Part shown: positions 18,985 to 33,442 of the stretch, in pieces
How the letters are laid out: each line of letters opens with the position of its first letter
Numbering within the stretch: position 1 is the stretch's first letter
NCBI GenBank assembly: GCA_964016885.1
Contig: CAXHJY010000608.1
Location: 91,218-155,217, forward strand
Reading direction: 5' to 3'
Origin: Eledone cirrhosa
Taxonomy: Eukaryota
Length of the DNA stretch: 64,000 bases
Made by a program: the position numbers and the translations under genes
The notes under the pieces: generated by a model
The model's input: the letters and a program-made list of their open reading frames with translations, nothing else
Told to the model about the DNA's origin: nothing
Databases searched by the model: none

Positions 18985-21275
18985 TGAAAAATTTGAACAG
19001 GAACAAAACAGAGAGCAGTACGAATCGTAATTAATTTCACGCTCTGGATAGTGGGTGGTGGCAGGGAACGACGTTTCGGGCATAAGCCCTTCCTCAGGTG
19101 AGAAGTGTGTGGGAACAGAGTTCAAAGGGTGTGTAGGGGAGTGGTGGAGAGACATATAGCGAAAAAAAACGGTGCGAATGAAATTAAAAATAAAAGTAAA
19201 AATAAAGCATGATCAAAATACAAGGAATGAAATAAAATGAAATATAAAAGCATGATCAAAATAAACTGAAATTAAAAAGGGGTAAAACAGGTGGTGGAAG
19301 GGTGTGGGGTGTGTAGGGGTGGTGGCGGGTGGAGTGGGGAGAGGGAGACGGGGTGTCCGAGCGGGGAGGGCTGAAGGTGGTGTGTGTGTGTAGGTGTACG
19401 TGTGTGTGTGTGTATGTGAAACTAAGGGTTGGGGGAAGAACGGGATTACATGTTCAGGAAGTGGTGTGTGCGTGGGGGGGGGGGTTGTAGGTCGGAATGT
19501 CAGTGCGTTTGTGGATAGAGGGATGGGGGGAGAGGAATCAGGAGGCTTAGGGTGTAAATATGTGGTGGAAAGCACGTGTGTGTGGGGGGTTTAAGCGTGT
19601 TGTGGGTGTAGGTGGCGTGTGGGAGAAAAAAATTGTTTGTGTGTGTGTGTGTGGGTGAGTTATATAGGTGATTCCGTAAGAGGATGGTTGAAATGTTGGT
19701 AAGTTCCTATGATGTTTAGTGGACTCTGTGGTGGTCAAGTTCCGCCTACGAGTATACCATGAAGAGATGTTCGGAAGAGGAGAGATGTGGGGTGCGCGCG
19801 CAACAGGAAGTGGTCAAGCGGTGGGAGTACTGTGTGTCTGTTTGTGCTGGGAGGTGGTCAGTGGGCATAGCAGGAGTCGGTGGAATGGTAAAAGGGCGAG
19901 AATGGGTAGGTGTGAAAGTTGGAATGAGGCGGGTGTGTGTGTGTATTAGTAGAGGTGTTAGTGGGATGAGTGAGTGTGGGGCGAGGATGTGGGTGGAGCG
20001 GGAAGAGAAGGGTGTGTGTAGTTCTATGGAGGGAGTGTGGTGTACTGGTGTGTGTGTAGTTTGATGAAGGGGGTGTTAGTGGGTGTTAGTATACGGGAGG
20101 TGGGGAAGAGTTGAATGCAGATGTGTGAGGGTTAGTGGTGGTAGGATGAGTAGAGTTGGTGCGTGTGTTCGTGTGCTTGGGGTTAGGGGGCGTTAATGAG
20201 GTTAGTTGCGGGGTGGTGGGATGGAGGTGTGGAGGTGAGGGTTAGTGGTGGTAGTAGTGTTTGTGTTTAGTGTGAGCGCGTGTATACATGTACCGGTGGG
20301 TGTGTGCGTGTGATAAGGAGGGGGTATTTAGGAGTAGAAGGGAGGGATGTTAGTTTGTTAGTTGGCGAAGGGTGGTCGGATGTGGGGGGGGGGTGAAAAT
20401 GAGGGGTGTGTTAGTGGTGTTAGTGGGGGATAAGTGTGGGGGAGGGGGCGGTCGAAGGCTAAAGGAATAAGGGTGGGGAGTTCAGGCCGGGGGGGAGTGT
20501 GGGTCTGTAAGATGAAGATAGTTCTTTGTTCGACTCTAAGGCGATTGGCGGTTGTTCCGTGGCATTGGAGTAGACCACAGACTGTGAGATGGCGTGCGTA
20601 ATGTCCAGGGCCACCAAAGTGGCGGGCGATGGCGGAACTACCACCGAGACGAATATCCCGGAGGTGCTCAGTGAATCGGTCCGCCAGGTGACGTCCCGTC
20701 TGTCCGACATAAGTCGCGCTGCGCGTAGACTAGGTTGAAGGTACTGCAGCGGAAGGCATGCCGGACAGAGAGAGAGTGGCCATTGGGACCCTGGAAGGTG
20801 GTGGTGTTGGTGATGTGGGGACAGGTCTTGCAGCAGGGCCTAGAACAGGGAAAGGAACCGGGGGGGGGGAACAGAGCGTGGGTTGGGGCATAGGGAGCTG
20901 TGGACGAGGAGGGTGCGAAGATTGCGTGCGCGTTTGAATGAGGGGAGTGGTGGGGTTGCGAAGATGTGGAAGGTGGAGGGGTCGGACTGGAGGTGTTGGA
21001 AGAGGCGGCGGATGGTGCGGTGGAGGGGTAAGGTGGAGGTGTGGTAGGTGATGGGGAAGGGGAGACGGTGGGTGGGTGTGCGGTGGCGTGGGGTGAGGGT
21101 GGTGGAGCGGTGGACAGCACGGGCGCGGGTGAGAGCGGTGTGGACAAGAGAGGGGGGTAACCTCTGCGGATGAAATGGCTGACTAGGGAAAGGGCCTGGG
21201 ACTCGAAGTCAGCAGCTCGGCTACAGAGGCTGCGGATCCTGAGGAGTTGGGAGTAGGGAATGGAGTGTTTAGTGT

Positions 21276-21277
<2 letters not shown>
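18985..21277 (-). mobile_element. Decayed canonical PLE (Neptune/Penelope-like) 3' portion with a C/A-rich 3' UTR
   Basis: LRIRSLCS..FIRRGYP, PCSRPCCKTCPHI..CSTFNLVYA, GQTGRHLADRFTEH and PPGLN at 20459-21245. HHR-like CTGAGGA-AGGGCTTATGCCC-GAAACGTC at ~19068-19099 (weak stem I). Confidence 0.75.
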
Positions 21278-21354
<77 letters not shown>

Positions 21355-21470
21355 ATCCTTATATATATATATATATATATTATCTATATATATATATATA
21401 TTATCTATATATATATATATATATTATCTATATATGTATATATATATATTATCTATATATATATATATTA

Positions 21471-21507
<37 letters not shown>

Positions 21508-21809
21508 TCTCTCTCTCTCTATATATATATATATTATCTATATATATATATATTATCTATATATATATATATATATATATTATCTATATATATGTATATA
21601 TATATTGTCTATATATATATATATATATTATCTATATATATATATATATATTATCTATCTATATATATATATATGTATATAGATAATATATATATATATA
21701 TATTATCTATATATATATATATATATATATATTATCTATATACATATATATATATATATATATTATCTATATATATATATATATATATTATCTATATATG
21801 TATATATTA

Positions 21810-21845
<36 letters not shown>

Positions 21846-21993
21846 CTATATATACATATTATCTATATATATATATATATTATCTATATATGTATATATT
21901 ATCTATATATATATATATATATATATATATTATCTATATATATATATTATCTATATATATATATATATATCTTATCTATATATATATATTATC

Positions 21994-22038
<45 letters not shown>

Positions 22039-22057
22039 CTTCACTTTTATATATATA
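21278..22057. repeat. (TA)n microsatellite with TATTATC interruptions
   Basis: Direct reading. Confidence 0.97.
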
Positions 22058-22781
22058 TATATTACTTCACTATTAGTTCACTTTGCTGCACTGGGTGGTT
22101 GCCGGAATTGTGCCCGGGATGGAAACCTTTATTGTTTATTTCGTGGTAGTCTCTTTAGTATTTTGGCCCCTTTTGTTAACCCGTCACCGTATCATTTACG
22201 TACTTATACCTCTTAAAAGGGTCCTCGCCTATTTCGTCCCACCTAGTTCTTTTACTTATTTCGTTATTTCTTTATTTCTTTCTTTACTTCTTTCTTTCTT
22301 TCTTTATTTATTTTTTCTAGACTAACAATAGCTACAGACCTAGGTCGTAGAATTTAATTTACTTTACTTTTTTCTTTACACTTATTAGTTTTTCTTTACA
22401 CTTATTTGCTTTTCTTCACTCTCAGTATTATTTCTACCCCCCCCCCCCCATTCTTCTACCTACCGTTCCGACTCCCCCCTCCCCCCCCCCCCTCCCCTGT
22501 ATCTTCTTTGACCTCATGCCCAGCTGTAGCTGGCACTACAAACGCTTGATTGGGGCTACTCCACCCCCTCCCCTCTTTCTCCTACTAGCAGGTTTAGCCA
22601 CCATCTCCCCTACTAATTTGCAACCACAGAATTACTACTGAATTTTGACAATCACTTTGACCATATATGGAATTACCCCTTGAGAAGATCGGCTATTTAA
22701 ATACCAGGATAAATTTTCATTTAGTCCAGAATTAGCCGTCGAAACGGCTTGAGCTCAGCTGTCGGGGTCTTACTGGTTCCT
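22058..22781 (+). mobile_element. Non-coding pLTR-like fragment ending in a hammerhead
   Basis: TA-flanked, pyrimidine-rich island with an HHR ~15 nt from its 3' end. Confidence 0.6.
22675..22768 (+). ncRNA. Type I hammerhead, U3-A8 core variant, extended stems
   Basis: ACCCC-TTGAGAA-GAtCGGCTA..TAGCCGTC-GAAA-CGGC..GCTG-TC-GGGGT: all three stems pair, GUC site. Confidence 0.82.
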
Positions 22782-22927
22782 ATATATATATTATCTATAT
22801 ATGTATATATTATCTATATATATATATATATATTATCTATATATATATAATATCTATATATATATATATCTATATATATTATCTATATATATATATATAT
22901 ATATTATCTATATATATATATATATAT

Positions 22928-22963
<36 letters not shown>

Positions 22964-23522
22964 CTATATATATATATATCTCTATATATATATATATATT
23001 ATCTATATATGTATATATTATCTATATATATATATATATATATATATTATCTATATATATATATATATAATCTAGATATATATATATTATATATATATAT
23101 ATTATTTATATATATATATATATATATTAACTATATATATATATATTATCTATCTATATATATATATATATATATATATTATTTATATATATATTTATAT
23201 ATATTATCTATATATCTATATATATATTAAAAACAAATAACGAAACGAAATTAAATTTTGTTTCATTTGTAACTCACTTTTGTATGACTGACGCTTAAAC
23301 AATTAAGTTAAAGATGTACATCCATATATGTATACTGAAATACTAGTATGTATATGAATACACACACGTATACATATGTAGATGTACCAAGTTTTTTCAC
23401 TGGTCACTTTACTGTGAGTGGCCAGCTATTCTGTATGTAAACACACAGACAAACCGGTTTTTAGAGTCATACTGGTTTTTGAGGAAACACCTTTCCTCTA
23501 TTCTCTAGAAAGCCAGACAAGG

Positions 23523-23567
23523 AATATTGAACTAGTTTCGTTGTTGTTACAACTCATCAGCAATATT
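23523..23567 (-). ncRNA. Minimal type I hammerhead, 467-bp family (first of 5 minus copies, every 467 bp)
   Basis: Reverse complement of the motif at 25730. Confidence 0.85.
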
Positions 23568-25729
23568 TACCTATCTTCCGGCCTCTCTAGAGAATCGTAA
23601 AAGCACATATCGTTATATGCTTTTTGTATGAAAATTAGTAGTGGGCATACTAATTTGCATAGAGTGTGAGTAAGTACCGGTTCAACGGAGACGATAAAAA
23701 CAAATAACGAAACGAAATTAAATTTTGTTTCATTTGTAACTCACTTTTGTATGACTGACGCTTAAACAATTAAGTTAAATATGTACATCCATATATGTAT
23801 ACTGAAATACTAGTATGTATATGAATACACACACGTATACATATGTAGATGTACCAAGTTTTTTCACTGGTCACTTTACTGTGAGTGGCCAGCTATTCTG
23901 TATGTAAACACACAGACAAACCGGTTTTTAGAGTCATACTGGTTTTTGAGGAAACACCTTTCCTCTATTCTCTAGAAAGCCAGACAAGGAATATTGAACT
24001 AGTTTCGTTGTTGTTACAACTCATCAGCAATATTTACCTATCTTCCGGCCTCTCTAGAGAATCGTAAAAGCACATATCGTTATATGCTTTTTGTATGAAA
24101 ATTAGTAGTGGGCATACTAATTTGCATAGAGTGTGAGTAAGTACCGGTTCAACGGAGACGATAAAAACAAATAACGAAACGAAATTAAATTTTGTTTCAT
24201 TTGTAACTCACTTTTGTATGACTGACGCTTAAACAATTAAGTTAAAGATGTACATCCATATATGTATACTGAAATACTAGTATGTATATGAATACACACA
24301 CGTATACATATGTAGATGTACCAAGTTTTTTCACTGGTCACTTTACTGTGAGTGGCCAGCTATTCTGTATGTAAACACACAGACAAACCGGTTTTTAGAG
24401 TCATACTGGTTTTTGAGGAAACACCTTTCCTCTATTCTCTAGAAAGCCAGACAAGGAATATTGAACTAGTTTCGTTGTTGTTACAACTCATCAGCAATAT
24501 TTACCTATCTTCCGGCCTCTCTAGAGAATCGTAAAAGCACATATCGTTATATGCTTTTTGTATGAAAATTAGTAGTGGGCATACTAATTTGCATAGAGTG
24601 TGAGTAAGTACCGGTTCAACGGAGACGATAAAAACAAATAACGAAACGAAATTAAATTTTGTTTCATTTGTAACTCACTTTTGTATGACTGACGCTTAAA
24701 CAATTAAGTTAAAGATGTACATCCATATATGTATACTGAAATACTAGTATGTATATGAATACACACACGTATACATATGTAGATGTACCAAGTTTTTTCA
24801 CTGGTCACTTTACTGTGAGTGGCCAGCTATTCTGTATGTAAACACACAGACAAACCGGTTTTTAGAGTCATACTGGTTTTTGAGGAAACACCTTTCCTCT
24901 ATTCTCTAGAAAGCCAGACAAGGAATATTGAACTAGTTTCGTTGTTGTTACAACTCATCAGCAATATTTACCTATCTTCCGGCCTCTCTAGAGAATCGTA
25001 AAAGCACATATCGTTATATGCTTTTTGTATGAAAATTAGTAGTGGGCATACTAATTTGCATAGAGTGTGAGTAAGTACCGGTTCAACGGAGACGATAAAA
25101 ACAAATAACGAAACGAAATTAAATTTTGTTTCATTTGTAACTCACTTTTGTATGACTGACGCTTAAACAATTAAGTTAAAGGTGTACATCCATATATGTA
25201 TACTGAAATACTAGTATGTATATGAATACACACACGTATACATATGTAGATGTACCAAGTTTTTTCACTGGTCACTTTACTGTGAGTGGCCAGCTATTCT
25301 GTATGTAAACACACAGACAAACCGGTTTTTAGAGTCATACTGGTTTTTGAGGAAACACCTTTCCTCTATTCTCTAGAAAGCCAGACAAGGAATATTGAAC
25401 TAGTTTCGTTGTTGTTACAACTCATCAGCAATATTTACCTATCTTCCGGCCTCTCTAGAGAATCGTAAAAGCACATATCGTTATATGCTTTTTGTATGAA
25501 AATTAGTAGTGGGCATACTAATTTGCATAGAGTGTGAGTAAGTACCGGTTCAACGGAGACGATAAAAACAAATAACGAAACGAAATTAAATTTTGTTTCA
25601 TTTGTAACTCACTTTTGTATGACTGACGCTTAAACAATTAAGTTAAAGATGTACATCCATATATGTATACTGAAATACTAGTATGTATATGAATACACAC
25701 ACGTATACATATGTATACATAGATAGGTA

Positions 25730-25774
25730 AATATTGCTGATGAGTTGTAACAACAACGAAACTAGTTCAATATT
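25730..25774 (+). ncRNA. Minimal type I hammerhead, 467-bp family (first of 11 plus copies, every 467 bp)
   Basis: AATATTG-CTGATGA-GTTG taacaa CAAC-GAAA-CTAG-TT-CAATATT: 7-bp stem I, palindromic AACTAGTT stem III. Confidence 0.87.
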
Positions 25775-28700
25775 CCTTGTCTGGCTTTCTAGAGAATAGA
25801 GGAAAGGTGTTTCCTCAAAAACCAGTATGACTCTAAAAACCGGTTTGTCTGTGTGTTTACATACAGAATAGCTGGCCACTCACAGTAAAGTGACCAGTGA
25901 AAAAACTTGGTACATCTACATATGTATACGTGTGTGTATTCATATACATACTAGTATTTCAGTATACATATATGGATGTACATCTTTAACTTAATTGTTT
26001 AAGCGTCAGTCATACAAAAGTGAGTTACAAATGAAACAAAATTTAATTTCGTTTCGTTATTTGTTTTTATCGTCTCCGTTGAACCGGTACTTACTCACAC
26101 TCTATGCAAATTAGTATGCCCACTACTAATTTTCATACAAAAAGCATATAACGATATGTGCTTTTACGATTCTCTAGAGAGGCCGGAAGATAGGTAAATA
26201 TTGCTGATGAGTTGTAACAACAACGAAACTAGTTCAATATTCCTTGTCTGGCTTTCTAGAGAATAGAGGAAAGGTGTTTCCTCAAAAACCAGTATGACTC
26301 TAAAAACCGGTTTGTCTGTGTGTTTACATACAGAATAGCTGGCCACTCACAGTAAAGTGACCAGTGAAAAAACTTGGTACATCTACATATGTATACGTGT
26401 GTGTATTCATATACATACTAGTATTTCAGTATACATATATGGATGTACATCTTTAACTTAATTGTTTAAGCGTCAGTCATACAAAAGTGAGTTACAAATG
26501 AAACAAAATTTAATTTCGTTTCGTTATTTGTTTTTATCGTCTCCGTTGAACCGGTACTTACTCACACTCTATGCAAATTAGTATGCCCACTACTAATTTT
26601 CATACAAAAAGCATATAACGATATGTGCTTTTACGATTCTCTAGAGAGGCCGGAAGATAGGTAAATATTGCTGATGAGTTGTAACAACAACGAAACTAGT
26701 TCAATATTCCTTGTCTGGCTTTCTAGAGAATAGAGGAAAGGTGTTTCCTCAAAAACCAGTATGACTCTAAAAACCGGTTTGTCTGTGTGTTTACATACAG
26801 AATAGCTGGCCACTCACAGTAAAGTGACCAGTGAAAAAACTTGGTACATCTACATATGTATACGTGTGTGTATTCATATACATACTAGTATTTCAGTATA
26901 CATATATGGATGTACATCTTTAACTTAATTGTTTAAGCGTCAGTCATACAAAAGTGAGTTACAAATGAAACAAAATTTAATTTCGTTTCGTTATTTGTTT
27001 TTATCGTCTCCGTTGAACCGGTACTTACTCACACTCTATGCAAATTAGTATGCCCACTACTAATTTTCATACAAAAAGCATATAACGATATGTGCTTTTA
27101 CGATTCTCTAGAGAGGCCGGAAGATAGGTAAATATTGCTGATGAGTTGTAACAACAACGAAACTAGTTCAATATTCCTTGTCTGGCTTTCTAGAGAATAG
27201 AGGAAAGGTGTTTCCTCAAAAACCAGTATGACTCTAAAAACCGGTTTGTCTGTGTGTTTACATACAGAATAGCTGGCCACTCACAGTAAAGTGACCAGTG
27301 AAAAAACTTGGTACATCTACATATGTATACGTGTGTGTATTCATATACATACTAGTATTTCAGTATACATATATGGATGTACATCTTTAACTTAATTGTT
27401 TAAGCGTCAGTCATACAAAAGTGAGTTACAAATGAAACAAAATTTAATTTCGTTTCGTTATTTGTTTTTATCGTCTCCGTTGAACCGGTACTTACTCACA
27501 CTCTATGCAAATTAGTATGCCCACTACTAATTTTCATACAAAAAGCATATAACGATATGTGCTTTTACGATTCTCTAGAGAGGCCGGAAGATAGGTAAAT
27601 ATTGCTGATGAGTTGTAACAACAACGAAACTAGTTCAATATTCCTTGTCTGGCTTTCTAGAGAATAGAGGAAAGGTGTTTCCTCAAAAACCAGTATGACT
27701 CTAAAAACCGGTTTGTCTGTGTGTTTACATACAGAATAGCTGGCCACTCACAGTAAAGTGACCAGTGAAAAAACTTGGTACATCTACATATGTATACGTG
27801 TGTGTATTCATATACATACTAGTATTTCAGTATACATATATGGATGTACATCTTTAACTTAATTGTTTAAGCGTCAGTCATACAAAAGTGAGTTACAAAT
27901 GAAACAAAATTTAATTTCGTTTCGTTATTTGTTTTTATCGTCTCCGTTGAACCGGTACTTACTCACACTCTATGCAAATTAGTATGCCCACTACTAATTT
28001 TCATACAAAAAGCATATAACGATATGTGCTTTTACGATTCTCTAGAGAGGCCGGAAGATAGGTAAATATTGCTGATGAGTTGTAACAACAACGAAACTAG
28101 TTCAATATTCCTTGTCTGGCTTTCTAGAGAATAGAGGAAAGGTGTTTCCTCAAAAACCAGTATGACTCTAAAAACCGGTTTGTCTGTGTGTTTACATACA
28201 GAATAGCTGGCCACTCACAGTAAAGTGACCAGTGAAAAAACTTGGTACATCTACATATGTATACGTGTGTGTATTCATATACATACTAGTATTTCAGTAT
28301 ACATATATGGATGTACATCTTTAACTTAATTGTTTAAGCGTCAGTCATACAAAAGTGAGTTACAAATGAAACAAAATTTAATTTCGTTTCGTTATTTGTT
28401 TTTATCGTCTCCGTTGAACCGGTACTTACTCACACTCTATGCAAATTAGTATGCCCACTACTAATTTTCATACAAAAAGCATATAACGATATGTGCTTTT
28501 ACGATTCTCTAGAGAGGCCGGAAGATAGGTAAATATTGCTGATGAGTTGTAACAACAACGAAACTAGTTCAATATTCCTTGTCTGGCTTTCTAGAGAATA
28601 GAGGAAAGGTGTTTCCTCAAAAACCAGTATGACTCTAAAAACCGGTTTGTCTGTGTGTTTACATACAGAATAGCTGGCCACTCACAGTAAAGTGACCAGT

Positions 28701-30968
28701 GAAAAAACTTGGTACATCTACATATGTATACGTGTGTGTATTCATATACATACTAGTATTTCAGTATACATATATGGATGTACATCTTTAACTTAATTGT
28801 TTAAGCGTCAGTCATACAAAAGTGAGTTACAAATGAAACAAAATTTAATTTCGTTTCGTTATTTGTTTTTATCGTCTCCGTTGAACCGGTACTTACTCAC
28901 ACTCTATGCAAATTAGTATGCCCACTACTAATTTTCATACAAAAAGCATATAACGATATGTGCTTTTACGATTCTCTAGAGAGGCCGGAAGATAGGTAAA
29001 TATTGCTGATGAGTTGTAACAACAACGAAACTAGTTCAATATTCCTTGTCTGGCTTTCTAGAGAATAGAGGAAAGGTGTTTCCTCAAAAACCAGTATGAC
29101 TCTAAAAACCGGTTTGTCTGTGTGTTTACATACAGAATAGCTGGCCACTCACAGTAAAGTGACCAGTGAAAAAACTTGGTACATCTACATATGTATACGT
29201 GTGTGTATTCATATACATACTAGTATTTCAGTATACATATATGGATGTACATCTTTAACTTAATTGTTTAAGCGTCAGTCATACAAAAGTGAGTTACAAA
29301 TGAAACAAAATTTAATTTCGTTTCGTTATTTGTTTTTATCGTCTCCGTTGAACCGGTACTTACTCACACTCTATGCAAATTAGTATGCCCACTACTAATT
29401 TTCATACAAAAAGCATATAACGATATGTGCTTTTACGATTCTCTAGAGAGGCCGGAAGATAGGTAAATATTGCTGATGAGTTGTAACAACAACGAAACTA
29501 GTTCAATATTCCTTGTCTGGCTTTCTAGAGAATAGAGGAAAGGTGTTTCCTCAAAAACCAGTATGACTCTAAAAACCGGTTTGTCTGTGTGTTTACATAC
29601 AGAATAGCTGGCCACTCACAGTAAAGTGACCAGTGAAAAAACTTGGTACATCTACATATGTATACGTGTGTGTATTCATATACATACTAGTATTTCAGTA
29701 TACATATATGGATGTACATCTTTAACTTAATTGTTTAAGCGTCAGTCATACAAAAGTGAGTTACAAATGAAACAAAATTTAATTTCGTTTCGTTATTTGT
29801 TTTTATCGTCTCCGTTGAACCGGTACTTACTCACACTCTATGCAAATTAGTATGCCCACTACTAATTTTCATACAAAAAGCATATAACGATATGTGCTTT
29901 TACGATTCTCTAGAGAGGCCGGAAGATAGGTAAATATTGCTGATGAGTTGTAACAACAACGAAACTAGTTCAATATTCCTTGTCTGGCTTTATAGAGAAT
30001 AGAGGAAAGGTGTTTCCTCAAAAACCAGTATGACTCTAAAAACCGGTTTGTCTGTGTGTTTACATACAGAATAGCTGGCCACTCACAGTAAAGTGACCAG
30101 TGAAAAAACTTGGTACATCTACATATGTATACGTGTGTGTATTCATATACATACTAGTATTTCAGTATACATATATGGATGTACATCTTTAACTTAATTG
30201 TTTAAGCGTCAGTCATACAAAAGTGAGTTACAAATGAAACAAAATTTAATTTCGTTTCGTTATTTGTTTTTATCGTCTCCGTTGAACCGGTACTTACTCA
30301 CACTCTATGCAAATTAGTATGCCCACTACTAATTTTCATACAAAAAGCATATAACGATATGTGCTTTTACGATTCTCTAGAGAGGCCGGAAGATAGGTAA
30401 ATATTGCTGATGAGTTGTAACAACAACGAAACTAGTTCAATATTCCTTGTCTGGCTTTCTAGAGAATAGAGGAAAGGTGTTTCCTCAAAAACCAGTATGA
30501 CTCTAAAAACCGGTTTGTCTGTGTGTTTACATACAGAATAGCTGGCCACTCACAGTAAAGTGACCAGTGAAAAAACTTGGTACATCTACATATGTATACG
30601 TGTGTGTATTCATATACATACTAGTATTTCAGTATACATATATGGATGTACATCTTTAACTTAATTGTATATATATATTTATATATATATATTATCAATA
30701 TATCTATATATATTTATATATATATAATCTATATATCTTTATATCTATATATATATATATATATATATATTATCAATATATATCTCTATATATATATGTA
30801 TATATAATCTATATATCTATATATATATAATATATATATCTATATATATATTATCTTTATATATATCTATATATATCTATATATATCTATATATTATCAA
30901 TATATATATATTATCAATGTATATATATATATCTATATATATATATATATATATTATCAATGTATATA

Positions 30969-31003
<35 letters not shown>

Positions 31004-31008
31004 TATCA

Positions 31009-31081
<73 letters not shown>

Positions 31082-31144
31082 CTATATATATATATAAATA
31101 TATATATATATTATCTGTATATATATATATATTATCTCTCTCTC

Positions 31145-31268
<124 letters not shown>

Positions 31269-31426
31269 CTATAAATATATATATATATCTATATATGCAA
31301 AGTTTTATTTAAATTGTTGGGTTACAACGAGTAAATATTTATAACTGATATAAAAGCACTCAACAAGTATTTGGAGTATATTTACGATATTAAATAAATG
31401 GAAACTATATTTATAAAACCATATTT

Positions 31427-31490
31427 ATTTCATTATATATATTTCAGGGATATCATATTAAAAATATGTTATGCCTTCTTCAGACAAAAT
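31427..31490 (-). ncRNA. Type I hammerhead of PLE family A
   Basis: ATTTTGT-CTGAAGA-AGG..CCT-GAAA-TATATA-TA-ATGAAAT. Confidence 0.8.
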
Positions 31491-33442
31491 ACAATATAAA
31501 CAGTCTTATAAATAGATAGATTTGACATACCTTTCAACTTCAACTTCCATTTAAAAAGTTGATTTGGTAGTGAAAATGTTAGGGACAGTTATAAAAAGAA
31601 AGAAAGAAAGAAAGAAAGAAAGAAAAAACGAAGAAAAAGAAGAAATGCATGCAACTAAATAGAGAGAGATAGATATAGAGAGATATATAGAGAGAGGAAT
31701 TCATGTAAAGAAACAGAGAGAGATATATAGAGAGGGGAAAAAACACAGAGGGAGATAGATAGAGAGAGAGATAGAGAGAGAGAAGAGAGAGAGAGAAAAA
31801 AAATAGAGAGAGATAGAGAGAAAGAAAATAGGTAGTTGGGCACCAGTTGAATGACGTATCAATGATATATTTATTTATTTATTTATTCATTTAATTCTAG
31901 TATTAATATAGAGAGAGATATATGTGGTTAGGAGAGAAAACAGCCGTTACATAGAGAGTAAAGAAAAATATCCAGACATAAACGAGGCAGACTTAAAATG
32001 TTTCATCAATGTAAAAATATCAATTCGTATGAATCAGGCATTATAATGTAAATATCAGTATTCATGAATGAGACACGTATCAATAATGTGTGAAAAATAA
32101 TGATCATATGTCTAGTTTAAAATTCCTAGGTTTATATCAGAGTTGAGATAAAATAGAAGGTTATCCCAGATTCGATACTATAGACATCCATGTGAATTTA
32201 CGTGATCAACTCTGCAAATTCCTATTTCACACGAAAACATTCTCATCGTGCTATAAAAATTCTAGTATACATATATGTGTACATACACACAAATATATAT
32301 AGAGTCTACATTAAATTTAACAATACTATTCATGTCTTTACTCTACATGATTATCGTTCAAGCATAAGTAGAGAACAGATATCAATATATCAATAAAAAT
32401 ATCAGAAATAAAAATAAAAAAATAAAAAAATATAAAAATATGAAAAATAAAAATATTAAAATATTAAAAATAAAAAAATAAAAAATAAAAAATAGAACAT
32501 AGTATGCCCCGCAAATCAACCACAGAGATCAACCTTCAAGGTTAATTGACAATATATTGCCAAGTTCGTTATAAGCATCAGAATCAAAAGCAAACAAAAC
32601 CAAAATTATTTACCAAAACCTGTCTAGCAGAAATCATTCCAAAAGTTTAGGATACCCATTTGATCTACAGATGGTCTTATATTTAATATAGAGGTTTATC
32701 TAGTGTAAAATTTATTCGATATATTTGGAGCATCAGCTTTTAGGGTAGTTTAATTATTCATGAAGAATGTTTAAAATAAAAAATGAAATCGGAAGATTTA
32801 TCGGCGAGTTTCATAAATAATTATAAATCAAGTTAAATATATTACATTTTAAATTTATATTTATATTTAAAAGTTGAGTTCAATCTATGTCTGCAGCAAG
32901 TGAATAAATTTGTTCGTAAATTAAGGGAATTTTTAGATTTTAGTATAAAGAATATCTCCTCCGCACAGAGGTCACATGTCTCAGAGGATGAATTAAAAGG
33001 AATCCCTCTTGAGACTATATTCCAAGCCGTCGAATATCCAACGTTATCATGCTTAAGTTGCCAGAGTAAGCCTGATAGTGATGTTGAAGATTTTTTGCTT
33101 GGATCTGTGAAAGAATTCTTGTGGTTATTATAGCGAAGTTTAAATTCTGTCGAGGTGGAACCAACATAGTTAAAATAATTTAAGTCCGTTTTAACATTAC
33201 AGTTGTATATTATATTTTTAACTAAGCAATTGTTATTTAACGGACATTTAGATCTATCTCTACAGTTACATTTGTTTACTTGGATATTATTTATGCTATT
33301 ATCGCTAGGTTTTAAATTCCTATTATTTATTCTATTAATATTTTGTGCTAAATTTTTGGTGGATGAGTAAGTTAATTTTATAGTATGTCTATTGAAAATT
33401 GAGTGATACCTATGTGTTCTAGGGAAGCGATTATCAAGAGCA

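Larger units (their letters stand above)
23229..30668. mobile_element. 467-bp retrozyme-like tandem array: 5.3 units minus (23229-25715) plus 10.6 units plus (25721-30668)
   Basis: Exact 467 period, mirrored by the repeated 60-aa ORF. One HHR per unit; inversion point at ~25716-25720; TA flanks. Confidence 0.93.

Noticed and set aside
19213-20460. Pro/Thr/His-rich and Gly/Val-rich ORFs
   Set aside because: Products of the low-complexity GT-rich 3' UTR of the decayed PLE.
23418-30549. Repeated 60-aa ORF MASYSVCK..
   Set aside because: GTG start, antisense to the HHR strand, no recognisable motif; it recurs only because the unit repeats.
23229-30668. CRISPR array or rRNA/snRNA gene array
   Set aside because: No variable spacers, and no 5S, U-snRNA or tRNA features that I can recognise.
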